From the human T2T-CHM13v2.0 reference genome, Homo sapiens, in the NCBI RefSeq assembly GCF_009914755.1, contig NC_060926.1: a stretch of 64,000 nt of DNA; one strand, 5' to 3'. A program made the position numbers and the translations under genes. The notes under the pieces are model-generated. The model searched no databases. It saw only the letters and a program-made list of their open reading frames with translations, and was not told where the DNA came from. How positions within the stretch are numbered: position 1 is the first letter of the stretch; the number at the start of each line of letters is the position of its first letter. Below, in pieces: positions 51,264-64,000 of the stretch.

Positions 51264-54200
51264 CTTTTATGTTGACATTGTTGTTGCTGCTGTTTCTGTT
51301 TGTTAGTTTTTCTTCTAACAGCCAGGTCATACTTCTGCAGGTCTGCTGCAGTTTCCTGGTGGTCCACTCCAGACCCTGTTTGCCTGGGTATCACCAGTGG
51401 AGGCTGCAAAACAGCAAAGATTGCTGTTCACTCCTTCCTCTGGAAGCTTAGTCCCAGAGGGGCACCAGCCTGATGCCAGTAGGAGCTCTCCTGTATGAGG
51501 TGTCTGTCGACCCCTGTTGGGAGGTCTCTCCCAGTTACGAGGCACAGGGTCAGGGACCCACGTGAGGAGGCAGTCTGTCCCATAGCAGAGCTGGTGTGCT
51601 GTGCTGGGAGAATCTCCCTTGTGAAGATCCACTGCTCTCTTCAGAGCTGGCAGGCAGGAATGATTAAGTCTGCTGAAGCTGTGCCTGTGCCACCCCTCAT
51701 CCCAGGTGCTCTGTCCCAGGGAAATGAGAGTTTTATCTGTAAGCCCCTGACTGGGGCTGCTTCATTTCCTTCAGAGATGCCCTGCCCAGTGAGGCAGAAT
51801 CTAGAGAAGCAGTCTGGCCATAGCCTCTTTGCCGCCAAGTGGTGAATTCTGCTCAGTCCAAACCTCCCAGTCTCCTTAGCACTGTTAGGGGAAAACTGCC
51901 TACCAAAGCCTCAGTAATGGCGGATGTCCCTCCCCCAACCAAGCTTCATTATCCCAGGTCAACTCCAGACTGCTCTGCTGGTAGTGAGAATTTCAAGCCA
52001 AAATTTCTTAACTTGCTGGGCTCTGTGGGAGTGGGACCCACCGAGGGAGACCACTTGGCTCCCTGACTTCAGCCCCCTTTCCAGGGGATTGGACGTTTCT
52101 CCCAGTGTCTCACTGGGGTTCCAGGCACCACTAGGGTATGAACAAAACTCCTGCAGATAGCTCACAGCATGCCCAAACAGCTGCCCAGTTTTGTGCTTGA
52201 AACGCAGGGCCCTGGTGGTGTAGGCCCACGAGGGAATCTCCTGAACTGTGGATTGCAAAAATCCGTGGAAAAAGCATAGTACCCAGGACGGGTAGCGCAG
52301 TCTCTCACCACTTCCCTTGGCTGGGGGAGGGAGGTGCTCCCCGTCCCGCTCCTTGCACTTCCCGGGTAACCGATGCCCCACCCTGCTTCTGCTCACTCTC
52401 CATGGGTTGCACCCACTGCCAAACCAGTCCCAAGGAGATGAACTGGGTACCTCAGTTGGAAATGCAGAAATCACACGCCTTCTGCATTGGTCCCGCTGGG
52501 AACTGCAGACCGGAGCTGTTTCTATTGGGCCATCTTGACCCCTCCATCCATACCAGAATCTCTGGGAAACATCTAAAGCAGTGTTAAGAGGGAAATTTAT
52601 GGCACGAACTGTCCGTGTCAGAAAGCAGGAAAGATCTCAAATCAACACCTTAACATCACAATTAAAAGAACTAGAGAAGCAAGAGGAAACAAATAAAAGC
52701 CAGCAGACAAGAAATAACTAAGAGCATAGCAGAACTGAAGGAGATAGAGACAAAAAAATCCCTTCAAAAATCAATGAATCAAGCAGCTGATTTTTTGAAA
52801 AATTTAACAAAATAGATAGACTACTAGCTAGACTAATTAAAGAAGAAAAGAGAAAAGAATCAAACAGACACAATAAAAAATGATAAAAGGGATATCACAC
52901 TGATCGCACAGAAATACAAACTACCATCAGAAAATACTATAAAAACCTCTATGCAAATAAACTAGAAAATCTATAAGAAATGGATAAACTCCTGGACACA
53001 TGTACCCTCCCAAAACTAAACCAGGAAGAAGTTGAATCCCTGAATAGACCAGTAACAAGTTCTGAAATTGAGGCAGTAATTAATAGCCTAACAACCCCCC
53101 CCCCACAAAAAAAAAAAAAAAAAGCCCAGGGCCAGATGGATTCACAGCCAAATTCTAACAGAGGTACAAAGAGGAGCTAGTCTCATTCCTTCTGAAACTA
53201 TTCCAAACATTAGAAAAGGAGGGTCTCCTCCCTAATGCATTCTATGAGGCCAGCATCATCCTGACACCAAAACCCGGCAGAAACACAACAAAAAATAAAA
53301 CTCCAGGCCAATACCCCTGATAACATTGATGCGAAAATCCTCAATAAAATATTGGCAAACCAAATCCAGCATCACATCCAAAAGTTTATCCACCACTATC
53401 AAGTTGGCTTCATCCCTAAGATGCAAATCAATAAATGTAATCCATCACATAAAAAGAACCAATGACAAAAACCACATGATTATCTCAATAGATGCAGAAA
53501 AGGCCTTCGATAAAATTCAACATCCCTTCATGTTAAAAACTCTCAATAAACTAGGTGTTGATGGAATATACCTCAAAATAATAAGCTTTTTTGACAAACC
53601 CACAGCCAATATTACACTGAATGGGCAAAAGCTGGAAGCATTCCCTTTGAAAACTGGCACAAACAAACATGCCCTCTTCTCATCACTCCTATTGGACATA
53701 GTATTGGAAGTTCTGGTCAGGCAATCAGTCAAGAGAAAGAAATAAAAGACATTCAAATAGGAAGAGAGGAAGTCAAATTGTCTCTGTTTACAGATGACTT
53801 GATTGTGTATATTTAGAAAACCCCACCGTCTCAGCCCAAAAACTCCTTTAGCTGATAAGCAACTTCAGCAAACTCTCAGGATAAAAAAATCAATCTGAAA
53901 AAATCACAAGCATTCCTTTATACCAGCAACAGACAAACAGAGAGCCAAATCATGAATGAACTCCCATTCACAATTGCTACAAAGAGAATAAAATACCTAG
54001 AATACAACTTACAAGGGACATGAAGGACCTCTTCAAGGAGAACTAGAAAGCACTGCCCAAGGAAATAATAAGAGAGAAATCAAACAAATGGAAAATTTAT
54101 TCCATGCTCATGGATAAAAAGAATCAATATTGTGAAAACAGCCATACTGTCCAAAGTAATTTATAGATTCAATGCTATTCCTATCAAGTTACCATTGTAC

Positions 54201-55728
54201 TTTCTTCTTAGAATTAGAAGAAACTACTTTAAATTTCATATGGAACCAAAAAAGAACCTGTATAGCCAAGACAGTCCTAAACAAAAAGAAAAAAGCTGGA
54301 GGCATCATCCTACCTTACTTCAAACTATACTACAAGGGTATAGTATCGAAAACAGCATGGTATCAAAACATACATTTAGACCAATGTAACAGAATAGAGA
54401 CTTCAGAAATCAGACCACACATCTACAGCCATCTGATCTTTGACAAACCTGACAAAACCAAGCCATAGGGAAAGGATTCCCTACTTAATAAATGGTACTG
54501 GGAAAACTGGCTAGCCATAAGAAGAAAACTAAAACTGCACCTCTTCCTTATGCCTTACACAAAAATTAACTCAAGATGGTTTAAAGACTTGAATATAAAA
54601 CCCAAAACCATAAGAACCCTAGAAAAAAACCTAGGCAATACCATTCAGGACATAGGCATGAGGAAAGACTTCATGACAAAAATGCCAAAAGCAATTACAA
54701 TAAAAGCAAAATTGACAATTGGGATCTCATTAAACTAAAGGGCTTTTGCACAACAAAAGAAACTAGCATCAGAGTGAACAGGCAACTTATGGAATGGGAG
54801 AAAATTTTTACAACCTACCCATCTGACAAAGGTCGAATATCCAGAGTCAATAAGGAGCTTACACAAATTTACAAGAAAAAAACAAACAACCTCATCAAAA
54901 ACTGGGCAAAGGATATGAATAGACACTTCTCAAGACATTTATGTGGCCAACAAAGATATGAAAAAAAACTTCATTATGACTGATCATTACAGAAATGCAA
55001 ATCAAAACTGCAATGAGATACCATCTCACACCAGTCAGAATGGTGATTATTAAAAAGTCAGGAAACAATAGATGCTGGCAAGGCTATGGAGAAAGAGGAA
55101 CACTATTACACTGCTGGTGGGAATGTAAATTAGTTCAACCATTGTGGAAGACGGTGTGGTGATTCCTCAAGAATCTAGAACCAGAAATACCATTTGACCC
55201 AGCAATCCCATTATTGGGTATATAAACAAAAGATTATAAGTCATTCTACTATAAAGACACATGCACATGTATGTTTATTGCAGCACTATTTACAATAGCA
55301 AAGACTTGGAACCAACCCAAAAACATATCAATGATAGACCGGATAATGAATGTGCTACACATACAGCATGGAATACCATTAAGCCATAAGAAAGAATGAG
55401 ATCACGTCCTTTGCAGGAACATGGATGAAGCAGGAAGCCATCATTCTCAGCAAACTAACACAGGAACAGAAAACCAAACACCACATGTTCTTACTTATTA
55501 GTGGGAGTTGAACAATGTGAACACATGGACACAGGGAGGGAAACAACACACACCAGGGCCTGTCAGGGGGTTGGGGGCAAGGGGAGGGAGAGCATTAAGA
55601 CAAATGCCTAATGCATGGGGGGCTTAAAACCTGGATGAGAAATTGATAGGTGCCCCAAACCATCATGGCACATGTATACCTATGAAACAAACCTGCATAT
55701 TCTGCACATGTATCCCAGAATTAAAGTT
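51264..55728 (+). mobile_element. L1PA7/8-like element with inverted 5'UTR (51264-52545, minus) and sense ORF2 plus 3'UTR (52548-55728)
   Basis: The antisense 5'UTR ends in gggccatcttgacccctcc. ORF2 starts at cataccagaatctctggg, with [19 protein letters not shown] and LPYFKLYYK, followed by the G-rich 3'UTR. ORF2 is frameshifted. Confidence 0.93.
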
Positions 55729-56419
55729 ATATACATATGTTTAATATCCTACTATTAATTCAATACACATATATAAGACTAGGTGTGAAAATTCACATCA
55801 GGTCATCTCCTTTTTCATCTAAAATGACCTAGTACTAATAATTATATTGCTTGAATCAATGAGATAATAAAGTCAAGGGTAAAATTTAACTCATAAATTA
55901 AATTTGGGAGCTAGTTTTCTGTTTATAGCCACAAATAATCCAAACAACCAACCACAGTATGTGGTAAAGTCTTTGTTTACATATCGACATCTATTTCAAT
56001 AGCAGTCCATTTTCAGAAAAGGGTGTGTCAACATGTCAAGGATGATAGGAAGTGTTAGATATTAACACAAACGCATCATCTCCACACACAAAAAAAATCC
56101 ACAAAAAAAAAAGAACACTTGCACTATGTCCTCTAAATATTGAGTTGGCAAACTTACACCCCTAAACTTTCATCATGTTTTAACATTTCATTTTATTTTT
56201 TTCTATTCTACTATCCTCATTTAAAGATAAGTATATCTTACCTAGACTATAATAATTTATTTCTTAAACTACAACTTTTATTTGTGTAATGTTCCTTCAG
56301 ACTTTCTCTGAAAATCCAATAACTCATTGTTTAATTAAACAGATATTTCTATCAACAATAAGTTTTGAATTATGTTACATTCCTTGTAAAAAGTTTGTAA
56401 TGTGGCTCGTTCCTGAAAG

Positions 56420-56605
56420 CAGTGGTTGAACAATCTGGTTGCACTTTGTAAAATTGCCTGGGGAGCTTAAAAGTAACAATGACAAAAATAAAACAATAAT
56501 GCCTTAGCCTTAGCTTACAAATTTTGGTTTATTTGGCCTGAGATGGAGCCCATGTATTAGTATTTTCTAAAATCTCCCTCATAAGGGAATAGACTTGAGA
56601 ATGAC
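56420..56605. mobile_element. MER5-type hAT MITE, degraded
   Basis: cagtggttgaacaatctggttgcac...cctggggagcttaaaa...tttatttggcctgagatggagccc. Confidence 0.55.
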
Positions 56606-57424
56606 TTGATTATAAGTTGAAGTAAAAAATCCTTAGAAATAGGATGTTATTCCTAACTCTTCTTTATGGTTTAATTGCATATTACACACTACAAAACTGC
56701 AAACTCTCAAACACGACAGACTACTCATGATTCTGAAGTCTGTTCTTATGCTTTCTTTGAACTGAACTGATCATTCTCTCAAATTTCTTCACTAACAACC
56801 CAAATCCTTCTAATTCCTAGCAGTCAAGTTTAAGACTCTTGGTGAAACATGAATGAATCACTTATAACTGCTTCTTTTAAAAGTCCCTTATTGTTAATTT
56901 TATCTTGCTTTTGTTGTGCATGTATTTCTCAGTCAATTGCCAACTCTGTTGTGACTAACATAACAGCTTAAGTGATTCAGCAAAATTCTAGTACTTCATT
57001 TTAATTTACAATATTGATTGGGTTAGCACACACTTGTCAGTGGCACATAAATCAGATCAGGCCTGAGTTTCTTTAATTTGTATCATACATACATATTGCC
57101 TTTTCAAGATATGCATTATGTGAGCAACAACTATAGCATAAAATATTTAATATTTGATTTATATTGATTTGTTTTTACTTAAACACATTTATTTAAAAAA
57201 AAAACTTTCTAATCCCACCATAAATGAAAACAAGTTTTTTCCCGCTATAAAAGTAAGCACAATGAGAAATATTATTTAGCTCTAACCCAATATCAGTTTT
57301 CATCTTTTTTGGATTGAAATTATCAAGTTTCATAAAATTACATTTGATGTGCTAACAGAATCTTGTTTTTCCTTGATTTAATCAGAAAAATTAAGAAAGA
57401 TTTAAAAAGAAAATAATTTGTAAT

Positions 57425-57741
<317 letters not shown>

Positions 57742-58493
57742 TAATTCTTTATAGTGTAACTTATATTTAACATTACTTAGTGATCTATCAATATGTTTTC
57801 TAAAATTACTTGATGTACCAAGAGGTCTACCATATGTTTTTAAACATTTACTTAAAAACTATTCAACTGATGGTAACTCAACCACATCTACACCCACCCT
57901 CTACACCCTCCCACCCCTTCCCACACACACAGTACATATTTTTAGATGGGAATTATTCTAGACTTGACTATATGTTGAACACCTGTGTTTATATAGAATG
58001 AATGTCTTTTAAAAAGACAAACTCAAGACTTCTTTCAGCAGCCCTGGATTATGCACTCAATTTTTTACCTTTTTATATCCTACCAAATCTGTGAATCATG
58101 CTTCCAGGGAGAAAAAGAAAAAGTAGTGAAATTTTAGAAATATGTTAGACTGAAATACATTTTATATTTGTTAAAAGTGTTCTCTGGGCACCTACAGATT
58201 TAAAGGAAATCTTTATTAAGGAAGCTGTTTGTCCACAATTGTTGAGTAATAGCATTTTATAGAATTTATGTATAAAGTCAACTCACTTTTTAAATAGCCA
58301 ACATACAACATGTATTAGCTTCAGCTTGATGAGTTAATTAAAAGCAGTTGAGATAGTTTTAAAAATTCCAGGCTTTTAATGTAAAAGGAGAGGTTGAAAA
58401 ATAATATTTGTAAAGAGCTCAAGAGATGATTTAAAATAGAACATGTTCAAAGAAATGATTGTTAATGCCATAGCTATGATCTTTTGGATATAA

Positions 58494-58815
<322 letters not shown>

Positions 58816-60988
58816 TCATAAACAGTTTTATCTTTGGACTAATTTTACAAAAACTTCTTTCCTGATCTAATCTCTTAGTATAACCAGTATTTTCTATTTG
58901 CTTAAAGGAAAAATATTTCATAAAACCTATGCATCTACATTCATTTTAATAGTCCTAGCTACCTAAAACCTTCCATACATAGAGAAATACACTTACATTA
59001 TTATTGTCTGCTTCGAGAAATTGGAAGTTAAAAATGGAAGAATTTCTTCTTAGTGAAAAACTAAAATCAGTAGTTAATGGGTCAATATAATGTTATGCAA
59101 CACTTTAAAGGAAATGAAATAATTATTTACCTATATGACCTGAAGGCAAGTTATTTGAAATTATTTGAAAAAATTTCACACTAAAATAAGGTGTTCAACT
59201 GAAATGGAAAAAAAAAATTATAAAAGGAATCGATATTTCCTAGCTTTCCTTGGATAGTGGAAAGGGGCCCTAACTCAAGAACAGGAATATTAGTTAAGTG
59301 TAACAAGCATACCCCTAATGGAGAGATAACTAACAAACAATTTTTGCTTTTTAAATTTAGGTATTAAGATTATTCATTTAATACCTGACTTATTTTACTT
59401 AGCCTAATGCCCTAAAGGTTAATTCCTATTGCCAAATATGACAGGATATGTAATTTTTATTTGTAACTTATACATCAATTTAAAAAATAATAAAATAAAA
59501 TATTTCTTATAAAAAACATAATAATAAAAAAATCATTCATTCATTTAAATTTCCTATTCTTATTCCCCCATGTTTGGAAACTAAACTGTAATTAAAGCAT
59601 GGCTCTTAATTTGTAGGTTGCTATATATTACCTACAGGAAGGTAGTGTGTGAGCTCTTATTTTATATTTTGCCAAATTCTTGCAATTTTAAGGCAATGGG
59701 TACTTGCAGTGGCAAATGTAGCATAACATCTTTAAAAAGAGCCGTATATCTCAAGTTAAAAATAAGTCAGAAACTTACCCAAGACCATGCTATACTCTCT
59801 TCTTCTGCCTCCAGGATCCTTGAACATGGCAATATTCTATAGGCTCTCAGAGTCAATATTAATGTTAATGGTGGAAAATTGGAAAATTAAACTAGTAAAT
59901 ACTATTGAGGATAAAAATATAAACAAGAACCTAAAGGACAAAAATTCAGGAAGTGAAGACAAATTCTGCATGGGAATAATCATTGCAATAATATCACTGG
60001 GTTACATCAGTGGAAAGACAAGACTGCACATGGCATACTCATGCGAGGAATGCCTTAATAAACATAAAGGATATGGAACAACAAGGAAAAGAAAACACAG
60101 GCAATAGCACAGAAGTCCAAAATCATTCACATGTAGTCCTCTAACATGCTTTCTTCATCTCGCAGGAAATACTTTGGTTTTAGATTATGAACCACCAAGG
60201 TATGTGCAATAGTTTTCAGTGACAGGGGAGCCCATATACAAGTTTACTGAGGGGTCTTTTATCCCATTTGTCACTTGGCTAAAGCCAGGCTTTTTCTCTA
60301 TTAAGCCAGGAGCAAATGATTAATGTCTGTTTCTCTAAACAAGAGAGACAAGTTAGTACCATGTGTTCCATGAGAGTTTTGAATTTTAAACAACAGGTTA
60401 TAAATCATTAGCTAGCACAGCTCATTCTTCCCTTTACTAATGGTCAGTAACAGGATTCTCAGCTTCCCTGGAGATAAACATAGTGCTGTGCCAGTGCAGA
60501 TGTAAGATAACTCTACTCTTGCAAACTCATAAAAGGCTGAATGATGTGAAATTAAATGAATAACCTAAGTCTCAGGCTCAGTGTGCAAGTTATTTTATAG
60601 GCCCTATGGCCCCTGTCATGTCATGCTGAAGTATCTAAACAAATCAAAACCAAACTTTGTATTAGATATAATACAGCATGGCCAAGTAGTAATTATTCCA
60701 AAGTTAAAAAGAAACTTAGTATAACTAAATCTATTAAACTACTGACTAATGACCAAAGTAAGATATCAATAAATAATACCTACAATCCAGTACAAACCAC
60801 CTCAAAACTCCTCAGACACATGTTTATAAAGCTACAGGATTAAATGGTGGTTTTATACCTCGACTAGGGGTCAGAGTCATGGCATTCCTACCAGAAAGGT
60901 GTGAAATACCCAATTGTTCCACATCCACACCATTACTAGACATTCTTTTATCTTTTAGATATTCTGAGTGTGTAATGTTACACTAGGG

Positions 60989-61277
60989 GTTTGTTTTTGA
61001 CAGAGTTTTGCCTTGTCGCCCATGCTGGAATGCAGTGACACAATCATGGCTCACTGCAGCCTCCACCTCCTGGGCTCAAGTGATCCTTCTGCCTCAGCCT
61101 TCTGAGTAGCAAGAACTACAGGTGTGTGTCACCACACCCAGCTATAGCTTTTAATGTTTTGTAGAAGTGGGGTCTTGCCATATTGCCCAGGCTGGTCTTG
61201 AACTCCTGGCCTCAAGTGATCCTCCTGCCTTAGCCTCCCAAAGGTTGGGATTACAGGCATGAACCACTGTGCCTGCC
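60989..61277 (-). mobile_element. AluJ-like element
   Basis: atcatggctcactgcagcctcc...ctgggctcaagtgatcc. Confidence 0.9.
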
Positions 61278-61551
61278 TGTACATTAGTCTTAAGAATAAA
61301 TTTCCAAGAAAGGTGACCCTATAAAGAGAGTTCATTTAGACTATATTTTACTTTGTTATTATGAATTTCACCAATTTCTTAATCATTATGCCTATAAATT
61401 TTCTGGAGTAAAATGCATAAAACTACATGTATTAAGACTGTAAGATTAAGTAGTAAAAGTAAAGCATTAATTTACATTATTGACTTTGAAACAATGTTTA
61501 AAAGATAATAAGTATGATTATATATGAGTTAAAGTTCCTCAGGAGAACTTT

Positions 61552-61592
<41 letters not shown>
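61552..61592 (+). repeat. (GT)n microsatellite
   Basis: About 20 units are visible directly. Confidence 0.97.
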
Positions 61593-61594
<2 letters not shown>

Positions 61595-62002
61595 ATGGAT
61601 GAGAGAGAGGGAGAAAGATAAAATATAAGTGAATATCAATATAATTGTTATTTTAGAAATACTTTAAGAAGTAATATATAGTCTGTTAAGTAATAGTCAA
61701 ATAAGGAAATAAATTAAGCCTGAATTACTGTTGGTTTGTCAAAAAAAAAAGGTTAAACATGAACATCAAAACGGTACTGAGTAATTTCCTATTGCCTATG
61801 ATTATTTTTATTATTTGAGAAATATGTTTCAATATAACCAACTTATAGTACCCCACAGCTACATATTAAAAATTGAAAATATGCCAAGCAAACTCTTAAT
61901 TTAAGAGGATTAATGAGATTAGAAGTTGAATTGATTTTTTAAATATTAAATATATTTGTTTATTATAGAAAAATGAACATTTTATAAAATATTCTACCTA
62001 TG

Positions 62003-62335
62003 GGCTGGGAGCAGTGGCTCACACTTGTAATCCCAGCACTTTGGGAGGCCAAGGAGGGCAGATCACCTGAGGTCAGCAGTTTGAGACCAGCCTGGCCAAC
62101 ATGGCGAAACCCCATCTCTACTAAAAATACAAAAATTAGCTGGGTGTGGTTGCAGGCACTGTAACCCCAAGCTACTCAGGAGGCTCAGTCAAGAGAATCA
62201 CTTGAACCCAGGAGGCGGAGGTTGCAGTGAGCCGAGATTGAGCCACTGGACTCCAGCCTGGGTGACAGAATGGGACTCCATCTCAAAAATTAAAAAAAAT
62301 AAATAAATAAAATAAAGAACGAAAAATAAAAAAAA
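62003..62335 (+). mobile_element. AluSx-like element
   Basis: Full dimer. TSD attct(a/t)cctatg on both sides. Confidence 0.95.
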
Positions 62336-63414
62336 TTCTTCCTATGTTTTTATGAACACAAAAACTTCAGCATAGAGTGCACAAATATGTCTTTGCTTTC
62401 TCATGCTGTGGCCTCATTTTCAAATGCAATAGCTTTACATGGATCTACAGTGAAATATATTCTCAATCTATCATTTTGGGGGTTGGAGTGTTGGGAGGTG
62501 GGTACAAAGAATATCATACGCCTTCTTATACAACCAGATAAGTAAACGAGATGCGGAAGCAGGAAGACACAATTCATATTATATATAAATTTTAATTAAT
62601 AGCTTTCCACAAAATTTGTTAATATAAAATATATTGAACTTACAATTATTTCCAGGTGATTTTGAGCTTATATTATCATTGATCATCACCTCCTTTATTT
62701 GGCACCTTGCAATCCATAAAATTAATTTAAAATAATTATATATTTGATATTTGGAGAGCCCTCTCTTTAAATCACACTTGGACGTCTTAGGAATCACTAT
62801 TAGAAGAACTCATTTAAATTAAAAGTACTTATTAAGATGTATTTGCGAAGAAAAGGCTTAGTTACTTGGTGAAATAACACCCGCACATTTCAAAATTAGA
62901 AGGCAAAAACAATCCTAGTTAGCAATATACAAAAGATATGTTTTAAAAATAAAGTAATATTGGCAAAGTTTATTCCAACAGTTCTAGGCTTTATGATGTG
63001 ACACATTTTTATTCCATTAATCTGACAATGTGGACTATCCAGACTCAGCCAACAAACTGGAAAGAAATCTCAGATTTTTTAAAAGTTGAATTATACGTTT
63101 AAAAGCCCATGAGCAAGAATTGTACACTTGAATAAAGTTACCAGGTTTCATACACCACAGCATAATAAAAATAGTGTCTTATAAAGGGTAAGAAGAGGCA
63201 TACCTCTTGACAACAGCAAAATTGACACTTGATGATTGAAAAATAATTTTCATTTTGTTTTGTTTTGTTTTAATGGAAAACATATTAGAATCCCATGGCT
63301 AGGATACTCAGTTTAGCGAATAACTGGTATAAATATGGCTATTGTCAGAGTAAACATTTTTCCTTAAAAGCTTTAGTTATATGGAAACTGATGCATATAA
63401 AATATTACATTCAC

Positions 63415-63580
63415 TGACCAGGTGTGCTGGCTCATGCTTGTAGTCCCAGCTACTCTGACTGTTGAGGTGGGAGGATTGCTTGAGCCCGGGAGGTTAAGGC
63501 TGCAGTGAGCTCTGACTACCACTGTGCTCCAGCCTGGGTGACAGAATGAGACCCTGCCAAAAAAATAAGAATAATAAAAT
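63415..63580 (+). mobile_element. Monomeric Alu (FRAM/FAM-like)
   Basis: Single right-arm-type monomer. TSD taaaa(t/g)attacattca(c/g)t at 63398-63415 and 63580-63597. Confidence 0.85.
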
Positions 63581-64000
63581 AAAAGATTACATTCAGTATT
63601 ACTGTTGTGTAACATTTTTCTAGAGTAATCATGCTACATTTTGTAATGCTTAAACTATAATTACAATATAAGCATAAATTGTTTCTTCCCTTTAAGAATG
63701 AAATAATTCAATTTTTTTTTACTCACCTAGGAACTAGCTGGCCATTCATGTAGGTAGAAGGATTTAATCTGCATAGATTTGCATTGTGAGTTTGGAAATA
63801 AGTTCTAAGATATTTTAAGACATTGAGAATGCTCACTACTGGAAAATACTCATATGAAGAATGCTTTCTTTCCATGTAAAGTCATGGGGCATGGTCTACT
63901 AGGGTAGGTGAGCCCACATACCTAAAAATATAAATATTTTAAATGAACAGATTTTTTTCCAGTGTGCAACAACTATGACAACTAAGACATTGTTTCTTGC

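Noticed and set aside
51959-52474. 171-aa ORF and relatively GC-rich segment as a gene or CpG island
   Set aside because: It lies inside the L1 5'UTR, is CpG-depleted and has no recognisable domain.
52980-54983. L1 ORF2 fragments as a functional reverse transcriptase
   Set aside because: Multiple frameshifts and stops, the EN domain is absent and the promoter is inverted.
59618-60107. Two overlapping non-repeat ORFs (74 and 106 aa)
   Set aside because: No recognisable domain or coding-like composition, and the lengths are compatible with chance in 64 kb.

Overview
This is primate, human-like, AT-rich genomic DNA made up mostly of decayed transposable elements. I find no supportable host protein-coding gene, RNA gene, CpG island or CRISPR array. 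The recognisable ORFs are repeat-derived (Alu, L1, THE1, HERV-L, Tigger2) and the rest look like chance frames. Main contents: several old antisense L1M elements, a complete THE1 MaLR provirus with 5-bp TSDs (21573-23879), a HERV-L/MLT2A provirus (35496-41351 plus a displaced LTR piece), Tigger2, MER44 and Tigger3 DNA transposons, two Ricksha (MULE) elements, a 5'-inverted L1PA7/8 (51264-55728), about 15 Alus and several STRs. The most notable signals are structural. (1) A 700-bp TSD-flanked mini-L1 has a 5'UTR spliced at the canonical L1 97/622 sites and has also lost about 4.8 kb internally. (2) A ~1.3-kb inversion (about 41352-42664) splits an LTR, a Tigger2 and a MER44, with one breakpoint in a (TA)n tract and a 162-bp locally templated insert at the junction. 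(3) Three more short, apparently locally templated insertions lie in the 26-47 kb region. (4) There is a four-level nested TE stack with an 8-mer minisatellite grown from a transposon terminus. Family names come from recalled consensus sequences rather than a database search, so subfamily calls are approximate. I do not see evidence for a novel gene system.
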